A stretch of DNA of 64,000 nucleotides from Selaginella moellendorffii (lineage: Eukaryota; Plantae; Lycopodiophyta): contig NW_003314291.1 in the NCBI RefSeq assembly GCF_000143415.4, positions 1,763,099-1,827,098 on the forward strand, read 5' to 3'. Shown here in pieces: positions 13,801 to 27,847 of the stretch. The notes under the pieces are model-generated. The model was not told where the DNA came from, ran no database searches, and saw only the letters and a list, made by a program, of their open reading frames with translations. Numbering within the stretch: the first letter of the stretch is position 1; the number at the start of each line of letters is the position of its first letter. The translations under genes were made by a program, and so were the position numbers.

Positions 13801-15900
13801 ATAAATCACGTTTGTTAATGATAAATTGGACAAGGCTGTCAATCTGAAAATCATTGACGCCATATTGCCATTCAAGAAAGCAGTTAGCCATTGAAATTGG
13901 ACCTGCATAAGACTAATGAACAAAGGAAACTGATCAAAGGAAAAGTCTTGCCTGGTAAAACCGTAAATGCCAGCGGAGAGTTAAAAATGGACATCGTGCC
14001 ACCGCCAACTTGTACTTGATTGACTCCAGATTCAAAAACGTTAAATGTAATAAGAACATATCCAGATTCATAAACATCTTGTTTTACCAAAACATTTGTA
14101 ATGGAACTAGCACCGCCTGACGAGTTTGTGACGTTTACAGAAAAGGGATAGAAGGCCCCGAGATTGCCTGTGGCTTCACTCACATTATTGTTGAACGCAT
14201 CCATCAGAAGAATCCGCAGGGCAACTTGTTCTCCGGCAACAAAGCTGTCAACATCATGGAGCCACTCAGCTGTACAAAAGGGCACGTATACAGGACCTAT
14301 ACCATTCAAGGGCTCGCTTATTCTCTTGAATGATGGGCAAGGTGACTACCTGCTACGACTCCAAATGTCAATGGTGAATTTTGGATGGATTTAAAGCCGT
14401 CGCCAATTTCTAAAAGGTGATGCCCTGCTGCAATTGGGGTAAAGCTCATAACCATGTAGCCGGCTTGTAGTTGCGTTGAGTTGACGTCTGATATATACCT
14501 GCTAGCTCCAAGTTTTCCTTCCACACTTACAGTGAAATCATAACTTCCTATCCACACTGTGGAGCCAAATTCGTCGGCCAGTTTTACCATGACGTTTGCT
14601 TTCGTACCAGCCTGAAAAGTTGGTTCCGAAGTGAATTGGCCCACACATGCAGGAATATAAATCCTCCCTAAAAGGATGTGTAAGCCTCATGCTCCAGGAT
14701 CGTACACATATACCTGGTGTCACATCATACTGCAATGGTGAGTTTACAACTTCGCCGGAGACAGTCCCAATTGAAAGAGTGAAATATCCTGATAGTTTGG
14801 CCACAAAATAAATAAATTCATACCCAGTTTGAAAGTCAGGTACTATGTTAAACTCTGGATCGGGAATAGCTCTAGTATCAGACTTGGTACCAATTATACG
14901 TAGATCAAATTTTACCATTGAAGTTTTTCCATTTGCAAAATTCAAAGTATTGTTACGCACATCTTTCAGTAACACCCTTGCTGCAGCTAAAGAACCAGCC
15001 TTAAAGGAGTGACTGTCGTTCACCCATGAAGCAATGCAATTTTTAACAGAAGCATTCCCTACATTTGTTTTTCTTTCTTAGCATTTGGACAAGGTTAAAG
15101 GATTCTACCAACCTGCAACGATTCCAAACTGAAATGGAGAGCCCACAATAATGTCACTTCCGACCCCAATGGTCATCGAGTATTGTCCGATAATTTGAGG
15201 AATAAAGGATATAACCTCCACCGTCCCGTCAAGTTTCATACCAATATCACTTATTGCGCTGGGTTGATTGACTGTCACGACAAAGTTCACCAGTCCATAA
15301 GCTGGCATGTTATCGGCATCATAAAGCTTAACATTTAAGTAGGAAGTTTCCCCAACATCAAATATACTGCCATAGGGCCAATTCCCAACACAAGAACTTA
15401 CGGCAGCATTTGCTTTAAGACGAAAAGATCCTTTGGTTAAGTAAGAAAGAGGCAGCACAAAACAAAACCAAATATATATATACCTGAGAGAACTGAAAAT
15501 TCAAATGGCGAGCCTTTTACGTGTGTGTTCTGGTGTTTACGAACATTTAAATAGTATGTGCCCGAAATCGTTGGAACGTTGAATGCAACAAATTGGTAAT
15601 TTTCTTGAGATGTAATGTTTGAGTGAACCAGAGATGTACCATTTTTGCTAGTGACGCTTAGTTCCAAATCATATTTTTCATATATTTGCAGCATTGCTTT
15701 ATCGTTCGGATTAAAAACATTTCTGTCTTTCTCCCAGCCAGAGGAGGCTATAATTTCCAAAAACGGGTGCTTTATTAGTAGTTTTCTTAGAGAGAGCATG
15801 CGACAAAACCTTTTTTACAGTCGTCAAACAAACAGCTTGTGAGCTCAGGAGAGCTAAAAAGTTCAAAAAATACCAGAGTCAGCGCCAGAATGCATGCCAT
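10818..15900 (-). CDS. GEX2: GAMETE EXPRESSED 2-like sperm surface adhesion protein, multi-exon
   Basis: Signal peptide MACILALTLVFFELFSS; about 7 exon-encoded filamin/Ig-like repeats each ending (G/N)SPxxFxVxxG; cadherin-like region (YTPRKGYKGND, VLPFNDPPFISAP, VNDMGNFGC); a single transmembrane segment (GATVGSIGLASLSFLCIIFALG); short cytoplasmic tail. Confidence 0.85.
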
Positions 15901-16719
15901 ACCCTAAAAAGCAGCTAACCGAAGCTGTTTTAATGCTATTTTGTTTTAGATGTGCTTGCTTGAAGAGTTCGATTCCTTAGAACAAGAAATATGTTAAAAC
16001 TAGCAAGGAATCCAGCTCTGACCAAATAGAAATACATATTTAAAGATTTTTTAGATTTCGTGCAGCAAGTTTGACTACAGCAAGCATACATTACACGAGT
16101 CCGCACGTGGATCAACGGAGTCCTAGATAGGGCGTAATCCCAGTTTTTAGCGGGTATTCAAAAGCCAACTATAACTCTTTCAGGAAGTTGAGAAACTCCA
16201 TCAAGTCCTTGTGGTCGCTTCCTCATGGCATTAACGACGTTCACCATGGCCTCTTCTCTGATATCACTGTCATTGCTGCATGCGAGCTTCATCTAGAGAA
16301 ATGGAGAGCCCAGTTCTGCTACAGTGACGTTATCTTGGGATTGTCCTGAAGTGCCTAGCAATGCTATCCTAGAACAACATGCATGACAATGTATAACAGT
16401 AAAGAGTTGTACCTTTGCAACCAGAATGATCAGACAACAGAGCTTCCTTGAACTGGCTAAATCCGTTTGGCAGAAGAAACGCAGTGGTACCAAGAAATGC
16501 AACAAATCTCTGGTTCAAATCTCTCCTTTTGATTCTTTGTTATGAATTTCGCAAAGACCGCCTACTGACAATACTGATTTTTCGAGCAGCATAAAGACCA
16601 AGAACAAGTAAACAACGATAAAAATATCTCAAAATTTATTATCTGACATTGAAGTTTTCTCTGGTCCAATGCAAGAACAGAAACTATCTTGATGTTTTAT
16701 TGTAGCCATTTGTTTTTAA

Positions 16720-18290
16720 GCTTCAGAACTTGTACTGTATGGAGCAAGAACAAGGCGATGCGAACAAGGCGGGAGAGCCCTTGGCGATCCCCTGATCCAT
16801 ATTTATTGTTCGTGAGCTTGGCAAGGAGAGACTCAAGCAAGCATTCTGCATGAGCCATTCCGTCAGACAGGTTAGTGCCTTAGGGAGATGCAATATCTGT
16901 GGCGTCCAACGCACGCAATCCTGTCTCGGAAGAAGGCATGGCATTGCTTCAGGCGGCACAAGATGCTGTCTGTCCAAACGAGATGGCCTCTTTGAGAGCA
17001 CGCTTAGCACGATTAGCAGCATGAGACCGGGGAGCTGGTGACAATGCCAATGAGTACAACAGTGGTCGTAGTGAAGACGAGGGCAACGCTGTCAGCAGGA
17101 AGACCACCCCCAAGCGTGTCTTCTGATCAAGGCAGTGCTGCTGGTGGTGGCAATAGTAACCGGAAAAGTCCTCCAGGTATGTTTTTGAAATTTCATTATC
17201 ATTCACTTTAACTTTTTCCCGTGTTTGTTCTGATAGGATCCAACACCAACAGTGCTCCCGCTGGTGGTGGCGGTGCTGCTGGAGGCGATGCTTCGGGAGC
17301 TTGAGAAGGAGAGAATTTGCACAGGAACTACTGGCGATCATGCAGCAGCTGACGCGGCAAAGACGATGTAGTGAGGAAGACATGGTAGCAACCGACACTG
17401 GAGCAAGTATCTTCTTTCTTTGGTAGTAAAGAGCCAGACAATGAAGTTTTTTTTTCAAAATTTTGTTTTGATTTTCTTTTTCTCAGGAAAGGGTTCCACG
17501 ACAATCGTCACTACGAAAAAAGAAGAGACAGGAGCTGTCCCCACAGTCAGAACTACAACGAAGGCAAGAGTTTCTTTACTATCGGGCCACCCAAGTGCCT
17601 GCCTCATCTCCGGCATGCATGCGACATGGCAATTGCACAGGCTGTCTACAAAACAGGTGTGGCTTTCCATATGATACAGCATCCGACCTGGAAGCATGCC
17701 TTTGACACAGTTGCACGAGCTGGCATTGGCTACACGTATCCATCAGAAAATGACATCTGCAATTCCCTTCTGCATTGCACTTATGAAGACAGCAGGCAAA
17801 GGGTGGCAGCAGCGTTGGAAAGTCACAAAGAGAATTATATCCCTTTAACACTAGTGGCAGATGGCTGGACAGATGTTCAAAAATGACTTATCAACATTAT
17901 GCTTATGTCTAATTTTTTTTGTGTTTCCTTCTAGCTGGACACCTTAAAAAATCTATCCTTGAGATTGGCCTGAGGTCCATAATTGCAGCTATTACAGACA
18001 GAGTTACAAATAGTGCTCTCAGGCAAACTCTTGGAAGATAGCTTCTCACAGCTATGGTCCTTGCGATGTCAATGCCACACTCTCAACTTGGTCATGACAG
18101 CCTGGAAACGAAAATGCCAATGCTTCAATGAGATCATTGAAGCTTATAATGCAGTTTGTCACCACCACACCAATGATCTTGGAGATATTTTGGAAGAAAA
18201 GGCCTGAATTGCAGCATGGTGAAACCATATTAAAAACACTTGGATGAGGCTAAAATAGTTTTGAGCTGTGTGAAAGGCTTTCAAATGCAT
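16720..18290 (+). pseudogene. Degenerate hAT-family transposase (DUF659-type), boundaries approximate
   Basis: AIAQAVYKTGVAFHMIQHPTWKHAF...YPSEND...LTLVADGWTDVQK*LINIM and LRCQCHTLNL (CxxH motif); stops and frameshifts. Confidence 0.75.
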
Positions 18291-18489
18291 GGAGTTTGAC
18301 GCATGGGAGAGATCCTTTGTTGTGGCGCTTATTGCCACTTATTCTCGCACGTTCACGGCCTAGATTCTAGCTTTGAGAGCACAGGGGATATTCCAAGTCC
18401 CTGGAATATTCCCTCATTAGCCTGCGAGAGGCTTGATCTACCCCATTTGCTTGGCCATACAAGGTTTAACTGGTGGAGGATACAAAGCT

Positions 18490-18625
18490 TAAGCATGAGG
18501 CATTACGCCATCCTAAAGCTGTTGACCAGTTGAATGTGAGAATATCACATGAGGCCTCATGTCATTCTAATAAAGTTGGACATCTGGTAAATGTGCAAGA
18601 ACCATGGCCTGAGGCCACATGCCAT
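18490..18625. repeat. Three orphan copies of the 22-bp Sola-element palindrome
   Basis: taagcatgaggcattacgccat (18490), atcacatgaggcctcatgtcat (18544), atggcctgaggccacatgccat (18604). Confidence 0.7.
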
Positions 18626-21600
18626 ATAAGAAAAGCAGAATAGCATAGTAGTAATTTTGATGTAATGCCCCATGTGGGATTTCTTGCTGTTTGGCTCACA
18701 GCTAGAGCTTCATATAGCTATTGAACAATTCCAGCACCATTTGTGCCATTGGTTTACACCCAGCTACTATCCCTTACACAGTGGATAGAAGGCATTTACC
18801 ATGGCAGTGCCTTTAGAAAAATCTAGAACTTGATATGGAGAATTTGTCTCTATAGAAAAACAATCTTGCTACTAGGAAAAGGAAAGACACTATGAGATGA
18901 AATGCTTGTTTCATATTGGTTTATCCCTGTAAACCAAGTCATTAATTTCATATAGGTTTTGGCAATTTTATGTAGATCAGTTTTTATTTATTGGTTTTAT
19001 ATACCCTTTTATAAGCTCTGTGAGTGCATGGAATATGGAATGGAATACAGAAATGTACCCCTCAATTAACCCAAAAGCCAGCATATATACAAGAGCATGT
19101 GGTTCGGATTGACACAAATCTATGACTATCAAAATCCCACTACACTAATATTAGTGTATTAGCAGGGCTCCCAGCTCCACCAGGAAAAGTAGAGAAAGTT
19201 TTCAAAATGAAAAGATGTTGGTATATATATTTTGGAGAAGAACAACAAGTAAGTCTGAAAAAAAGTAAAAGAGATAGCCATGTCTAAAAAAGTGTTAATA
19301 ATCATTTACAGCTTTTGATGTTACAAGTTAGTCACAGTAACTTTGTAGGTGCATGATGCAAGTGCTAAGTGCTTGCATCCACTCTTGCCATATAGAAGAG
19401 GGGGAAGAATTACTGGTAAAGAGTCCTTTTCTAAGGCTGGTAGGCCACAGTTTATCTAAAAAAAAAAAGAAAAAAGAGAAGGGGGGAAAAGGAGTGTTGC
19501 TTTAGTGGAAAAGGAGTGTTGCCACAGTGTTGCCATTTAATTCTCTCCTTGCATCCTCCCCACTGCTAGCAAGTCTTCTAGCAATTTATCCAATGACAAT
19601 GAGCTCTTTCATGAGTCTTTGCGGCTAAGTTGATTAAGCATAACTTCAAAACCGAAAGAAAGAGTACAAAGGAATTCACTGTTACTGCCAAATTCAATAG
19701 CAAAAAGTGGATGTTTGTATACTGCTCATTCAAAATTTATATTTGTTTGCTCAACAGAGCTGGGGTCTAAATGCTAATGAGTAACTGTATTACTATTATC
19801 TTGCTTGGTGGAGTGAAGTGATGGAAATATGCATTCCCAATGCCCATGAACTATCATTTCCTTCAAAAATTACCAAAATGAGGTCTTCCTAGGATTGCCT
19901 TATCAAAGTATGTACAAAGAAATTACAATTATAATTCCTGACATCCTATGGTGCAATGAAGGCCTATTCATTCCCTGGCTTGGGATGGAAAAGAAAAGCA
20001 TGTAAAAGGGAGTCATGCAACTTTACCATCAGTGTGTATATTAAGTGGACTCTGTGAGTCAGAAGATGGTGGTCCCCAACTTTGGAGGTAGGGATGTTGT
20101 TAACATACTAACCTGGCTTCTTTCAGCAAGCACAGCAGAACTTTAACCTAGCTGTAAGCCTGAAGCCACATAAAACAAATGGTGGTGGGCAGAGTCGAGG
20201 CCAATGACATTGGCAGCAGCCAGTTTTTGGGCCTTTTCTTTGGTGCCTACACCACCAGCACTGGCCTCACATCCCTTGCATGGAGTGTGCATTTCCAAGC
20301 AGTCAGCTCTGTTCATTGCCTCTTGTGAGATGATGTGATGGATCCAATAGTACATTGCATACCATGTCCCCAATAACAACCTACTCGCATAGTGCTGGCC
20401 ACATCTAGTAACAATTACCAAGACATTCTCACTATTGAGCTGATGAGTCACACTGCAAAAGGCATCCTTTTGAGACCGTGGGAACTTGCTCGCACAATGA
20501 ATGAGAATGAAGCTGCTAATTACACTAGAGACTTGCAGGCAATTGTAGTAAGCCTTTGCTATCCAGCTGCCAACTCTAACACCGGGCTCATGCCGTGTGA
20601 CCACCTTGGGCAGAGACACACATGTAAGCCAGCAGGGACCCTAGCTTCGCTGGGAGAAGTAGAGAACATTTCAATTTGAGAAGATGTAGTTGTACATACT
20701 TTGGAACAGAACAACACATCTTTAAAAAATAAAACAATAGAACAATGATTTATTCTGATTCTCTCAGTAATGAGATTTGGTGGTCTCTTATGTAACATTT
20801 TTCTTAGCTGAAAATAAGGAGCACAATCTTTTCACTATTGTGATGAATATTTAACACATGACTCTTTCAAAAATGTCTGCCAGAAAGCAATGCTCCAAGT
20901 CCTAAAACAAATTCCCATATACATGGAAATTCAACCACTATCGTCTTCCAGATGTTATCTGAATTTTGTAAAATGTTGTAACTACTCTTGCTTCATCACA
21001 ACCAAAAACTAAAACACTTGAAACAGAAAGTAGAACACTTAATCACCAACATTTATCCTCTTCAGTTCAAAATTGTTTTGCAAGAAAATAAATAAAACAA
21101 TAAGGCTTACCATCAAAATGCACACTTTCCATTTATTTTGTCACCAATTCTTCCACTCCTTGCCAGTGATTCTAAGCCATCAAGAAGCACATGCAAGTAA
21201 TGCCATCAGCTTCCCATTACATCCTCCCAAAGTTTTCAAGCACATGGGGAGCATCATGACAATGTATGAATCTAAATATCCTATCCAAGTCTATCTCTAT
21301 CTGAAAATCCTTCTTAGAAACACTACTCACATTACTTGAACATTTTGGATAGGATGATATGCACAAGGTCCTCCTGTCTTAAGGCCGAGACAGGATTTTA
21401 TGCAATGCAACATGCTCAAGGTACTTTTCTTTTGTCATCCAAGCTTGCTTTTCTCCCAAGGTTTAGAATTCTACTCTCTGCTAGGAAGTTCTCCTGACCG
21501 TTCCAAGATTCTAATCAAGAGACTCCTCAAGTTTCTAATCAACCTCTTCTCATAGCTATACATAGCCTCTACCCTCAGCTATATAGATATTTCCAGTTTC

Positions 21601-23829
21601 TTTCTATTCTTGTTTTCATCTCTCATTTTCCAGGCATCTTCGTCGATTTGCCTAAAAACCAATGATGATCTTGATCTTGCTGTAAGAAACACTGGCAGAA
21701 ATGTCATTGCTGGTGGACAACAACAGCATTGACATGACCTGGAGCATAGCAATCTCAATCTTTTCGTCACTTTCAGAGAGAAGCATAGAGATATCCAACA
21801 AGAATGCCAAACCTAGAGTGCCTCTACTTCATTCTGCCATGAACTATCATGCTGCATAAGCTCCTTGCCATTAAAGCAATTCACAAAAGCTAAGGGTTTC
21901 TCCATATTCGACCAGTCATAGCTATACATGTTATTTTGTCTTAGCGTAATGCTAGAGCCACCTCAAGCTCCTGCTTAAGCTCCAGCAACTTTGGAGTGTT
22001 GTAGTCACCATTCTCCTGGAAAGAAGTAAAATAACATTATCAAACAGGGAAGAGACACACAAAAATATGATACTGTAGGTTGATGATCTATTGGTTCCTT
22101 CGAAATTATTGAGCTCTCAGGCACATTTGCAGATTCTCTAACCTCTGTAAAATGGCTTCCACGAACACTTGGAGCAAGAGACACCTCTGATTGGCTTTTG
22201 CATATCTTCAATACATGGATTTGAAAGCTTCCACCTCAATACAAGTCACAGTCTCAAAAACAACCTAAGGCTATTAATGTTTCTTTGCCATTCAAACACA
22301 CAGAGGTGAGACTCAATCCCTAGGTAGGACAGAAATGACAAATGGAATCAGAATAAGGCCGGCAAGGATAATCAAAATGTCATACCTCACATGCGATATA
22401 CATCTGTGCTGGCTTATATTGCATCTATAGCTTCCCATGTCATTGTTTCTAGATCAAAGATGTTGAAGTCATTGAGCAAATGCCTATTGGAGTCTTCTCC
22501 ACCAAACATGACTAAGCTGGATCAGATCAGTTAAATGGATTGGCCCCTCAAACAGCAAATGGTCAATCTCAGGTTCATGATACAGTATGTCGCATGTACT
22601 GGATCTTGTCCATATGTTGAAAAATACAACCAAGTGAAAGTCTCCATATCAAAAGCATAAACTGGAGATAGAGAGCATTGAAGTGAGATAGATCTCAAAG
22701 TTCCTATGCATTATATTAACCTGAGACAGAGTCAGGGGTTTCTCAAGTGGGCACCCAACAAACAGCATCCTGTTCTTCAAAATCTGAAAACACTCAGGAA
22801 TATTGTAAGATGAAAGTATAAAGCTATAAAAATTATCAGGCTATGACCAGCACAGGGTGGGGTCAATGGCATGGACCAGGACAAAAGGAGACGTTGGGAG
22901 CTTTTGCTCACCTTTGGACCAGGTGAGTGTTCTTAGATAGAGCACTTATGGCAAAGGTGCAATATCAGTTATTAAAGAGTAAAACACTACATACCATAGT
23001 TCAATTATTGGCCATTATGGTTCCCTCCAATCACGAACATCTTATCATGTGGCTATAGCCACTACTGCATGCTGCATGCCAATGTTTACAACATTCTTGT
23101 TCTAGTTTCACACACAAGAAAGACAAACCTAATAGCGAGCTGCTAGTCTTCATCCAGATACAAGAGGTGAAAGCCATTTGCTGCACACATCAATCACCAT
23201 TATAGTGGAGCACTTTTCTTCCATTTTCACCTCTGTGGAAATCCCACCTTTTGCTGATAGCAGCAGGGGGAGATGGAAGGAGAGTTGTTTACAGCATTAT
23301 AGGTGTCACTGTTGACTTTGTCCATAAATGACAGGTGGGAAGGGCCTTTTTCTCGTCTCTTTTTCTTCTTTTGGAGCTGAAGTTCCTCTTCCCTGCAACA
23401 TAGATGGATTCAGACACATGGCCAAAGAGATGAGATGTAGTCTTACTCTTTCTGCAGCTTCTCTTTCTCCTACACCTCTATCTTGGTGCTCTACAAAAGC
23501 ATACAAATGAAACAAAGTGATGAAATAAGCCAGCTACCTTTGCTGTGAACTACTCCCTGGTGACAAGCCCAACAATCTCTTTCTTGAATGTGCTATCCAA
23601 AATCTGTGGTAGTGAGTTCCGGTAATGAGGGAAAGGGAGCAAACAAAAATCACCTCTGGTATCCTACAGCTAAACTGCAGAAGCCCACTCTACCATTCAG
23701 TTGACTTCCTCTTGGGATCTTAGATGTGCAGTATATTGGACAGGGAAGTTCTACTTCTCATCTGGTGCACTACTTCTCCCACAATAAAATTTTAGCAAAA
23801 GTGGTACTAGTTGTCTTTGATCCCTTTGT

Positions 23830-24430
23830 ATGAAGTGTTTCAGTTGCTACACATGTATAATTTCTAGAGGATCAGTTTATTAAATATAATGTTGAACCTT
23901 ATAAACTTTTGGTCCAACTTGCTGCAATACCCAATATGGTCCCTTCCATTGAATAAGGAGCCCCTTAGACAAACCATATACCATAAGATTGGGAAAATGG
24001 ACTAACACCAAGTCATCCATTTTGTACTTTGTTGAAGAATGATGATAGGATTTGTAGCATTGTTGTTGTCTAACTTGTATGCAATCCAAGTGTTTAGTAG
24101 ACTCCGTTTGGACACGTGGAAGAATGCTCGTAAAATATTGATCTCAGGACTTAGCATTGACATTTCATGGCAATTGCAAAGGTAAACTCAGCTCTATTGG
24201 TAGTATTAGATCATGATTATATAGGAGTTTATATAGTGAAACACTATTAAACTTTGTACCCCTATGATATATGCATACCAAAAAGATGATGCATAACCAT
24301 CCCAATCTGAATGTTGAAATTTTACATACTTTATGATCATCTTTTTGGAAGTCTAAACAAGCCATTCTACCAAACCATTTGTTTGCGGATGATAAACACT
24401 TATAAAAGTGTGGCATTTCCCTAGCCAAGA
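23830..24430 (-). pseudogene. Degenerate Ty3/Gypsy integrase C-terminal remnant
   Basis: LLYNHDLILPIEL and YKMDDLVLVH...GLLIQWKGPYWVLQQVGPKVYKV (GPY/F module). Confidence 0.65.
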
Positions 24431-24464
24431 TATTAAAATATGAAATAACTCAACCATAAATACG

Positions 24465-24540
24465 TATAGTGCATGTGGTTTTTACCCTTTATCCTATAGT
24501 GCTTTACCATAGGATAACCATGAAGCAGAATCTAAACCTT
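24465..24540. repeat. Old fragment of the LTR family that begins at 38798
   Basis: tatagtgcatgtggtttttaccctttatcctatagtgctttaccataggataacc aligns to tgtagcgcacgtggttttgaccctttatcctatggtgatttaccataggataac. Confidence 0.7.
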
Positions 24541-26353
24541 CCATATCAAGAGCATTTAACTTCATGAATTTGGAGTTGTTGTGTTAATCACAGATTTAAT
24601 ACCTTCTAATAAAATGAATATTATCATAAAAAAGCTTAATTTAGGGTTTATTTATTTATCTTTTTTTATCTTTATCCTCCAAACAATCTCAAAGAAATTA
24701 AAGTAAAAATATTGAAGATCTTTTTATTAAATGTTGAGATTGATATCTTTTAGGAGTGCTTTGATTAATTGATAAAAAAGCTTCATTATTTTCATAATAA
24801 ATTTATAAGATTTAGAAATATTCACAAAGGATTATTGTTGTTAATGTTGTTTACTATTATTAGCATAGTAGCCATTGAATTAGTTTTAATCTAGACCACT
24901 CACTTTTCTATATAAGCTAGGGTTTTTGGGTTAATTGAATACACTTCTATATTCCATGCACTCACATTGGTGGAGATGAGGAGCAATTTTGATTGTCATT
25001 GAGGAGTGCTTAAATTTGTGTGTTTAGTTTAGCTTTGGCATTGTCTAGATCTCTTTTATCTTTGTAGCTTTCCATTTCTTTTATTTAGCTTTTTTCTTAT
25101 TTTCATTCATCTTTATGGCAGAGTAGAATACTCCTCCTTTGCAGAAGCATCTTCCTCTTTTGACTATAGAATAGTAATTGATGTAATTGCTCAATGCTAT
25201 ATGGTTGCAATTGAATAATGAAATTTAGTTGATGGTAATATTCATAGTTTATAGTGCAACTTCTCTTACTTTTGATGCCAATCCTCATGTTTGGCCAAAT
25301 TTCTTCAATGGGAATCTTGAGGATGATGCATATAATTGATTTGATCATTTTATGGTGATTGCCATTTATCATTCTTGGGATGATGCTTGGCATTGATATG
25401 AGTTTCCCATATGTCTCAAGGGACGGCATTGTAATAGTACAATGGTTCATGTAGATTGGAGCTTTCTCCCAAATATGTAGAGCCAATATTTCAGAATAGA
25501 TCAAGTTAGGAATGTTGTACTTAGTATTTCATCAAGATTTTATAAGACTTATACATTCACTTGCCCCAGCTACATTTGACGATACTCTTTACTTAGCACA
25601 ACACTATGAGACATCAACTCTCCCACTTATAGTAGTACATACTTCAACTCTACTTCCCTTGGGAAATGCACTTGTTTCAATGGAGAATTGTAAGGACAAG
25701 GGTGAGGATATGGTTGTAGCCATGATATTTGCTACTAAGTGTGTGATGAGGTTGACCATATGTATTAGAGTTTTCAATGTTTTCTGAATTGGCACTATCC
25801 ATTTACTGGGTCAAGCTCTTGGCATTAACAACATTATGTTAATGCTATTGTAGTGGAAAGTTTTGACATAGAGATTTTTCAAGAAACAAGGAGTTACGTA
25901 AGTAGTGGAGAGTCCTTATGTGAATAAATCAATAACCCCTCCATCCTTTTGGGAGTACAAGTCATTTGGCATTAGTTCATCTAGTGTTCTCTTTCTAAAC
26001 TCATTTTTATAACAAGAGGTCCTTTGTTATTTAGTTGATATAAATTTAAATTTATCTTCTATTACTTAGCACATATTATTTATAGTTGCATAATATGGTA
26101 GAGTCAATTTTCATTCTCCATAATAATGGCCATACACATACACATATCTTTTTATTTTAGATTAAACTTAAAACTATTCATCTTTAATTTTTTTTTAAAA
26201 ATTATTAATCATAAAAATACCAAGCACTCTATCTTGTAGAACTATAACCAAAAGGAATTTGGCCACATGAATATGATGTAATTGCAAGAGAAATTTGTGA
26301 AAAGATAAGATGAAATCCGAGGAATTCTTGCTAATTTATAGGTGGTCAAATTC

Positions 26354-27011
26354 TTATTGTGAGAATGAAATGGTCAGTTATATGGATCTCCAAGAAATGT
26401 TAATGCCACATTAAACTCTCAAGGGCATTAATATATAAGCTAATCACAGTGGACATCCTTATTTAATGCAAATAGTGCATTCAATCTATTTAACTCCTTG
26501 ATAGTCTACAAGAATAATGACATACATTAATTCAATGACAACTAATGGGGTGTTAATTTCTTGTAGCCATTGAAATAATTTATCACGGGAAATTCTGTTG
26601 ACTAAATTTTATATATCAAGACGATCTCCTATACCATGTTTCTGAATTGTCTATGAAGTTGTGAGTTTCATTGCTAGAGCTATCATGTGGCACTCTGTTT
26701 TTTTAAATGTTATTCCAAAAAGGAGGGATTCCTTTGACTTCAAAGAGTGCTAGCAACTATGCTAAGTTGGTACTTGAACTTATTTGAAACACCTATTGCT
26801 GTAGGATAGAATATGATGGGCACAAAGTGCATTAGGAAGTCATTATTAGTTAATGAATGTTATTTCATTTGTCTCTAAGAAGCAACATTTGTCTCATCAA
26901 CTGCACCTTTTTACTCTTTATAGTTGCAAATCTAAAAGGATGCCCTCTTATACCAATGATTTCTTCTTCTAATTAATACATCTTTTTAGCAACACACTTA
27001 TGAGATATGTT
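26354..27011 (+). repeat. ~650-bp dispersed repeat, copy 1 (copy 2 at 61049-61699)
   Basis: Colinear, highly similar sequence from ttattgtgagaatgaa to agcaacacactt(a/g)tgagatatgttt. Confidence 0.85.
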
Positions 27012-27847
27012 TTTTGTTGTCATTCTTTCCTAGAGAATGGGTCTATTGAGGTTGACCGGCATGCTTCTTTTGTTGTGGCATGACTTATATGTCTACATGA
27101 AAATGACAACGAAAAACTTGAGTAAATATTAAAAAAAAGTTTTGAAGAAAAATAGGAGCAATTTCCTTAGTGTTGGGAAGATCAGTTTGTTGCCAAACCA
27201 ATCTTCCAACACCAAGGGAATAAAAGAAAAAAAGAAAAGAAGTAGCTCCCTTAGTGCTAGGAAGATCATTCAATGCTTTAGATATTAAAATATGTGTAAT
27301 TGATTGGTTTGCACGCGAAAAAACCGCATATGAACCAACCTTTCCGAGCTTGACTCTCTCTCACTTATCACAAAAGAATGAAACTCTTTTGAAAGGAAAA
27401 GAGCATGAAGATGAGAGGGAGAACAAGCAATTAATGCTACAACTCTCGTGATTAATCAACACCTCTCACTCATAACCCCATTCATTTCAACAGTATTATT
27501 CCTTTCACAATCAATTATACAATTAATATGGGTGGCTCTTTAAGATTCTCATATATCTCTAGATTCCAAAAGGTTTTATATTTTGTTAAAATATATAACT
27601 TGCCCTTTGCAAGGACACAACTAATTAAATCTCACAATAAAAAAAATATCTTTGTTCTTTCTTGTCAATTTCTCCCCAAATTTTTTCTAAGTGCTCGAGC
27701 AAGGAGAAGATATGAGAGAATTCTACTTGAAGTTCAATCAAAAGCCTCCAATTTTTTTCTCTAAGAGTGTTATAAAAGAGAGCTTCCTCTATAGAAGATT
27801 CAAGTTGAAGCTGAGATTAGTTAGTTTGGAGAATGTATGTCAGGATA

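Noticed and set aside
19900-23700. Short ORFs in 20-23.7 kb (e.g. 20143-20619, 20392-20679)
   Set aside because: No motif I can recognise; probably decayed TE sequence.
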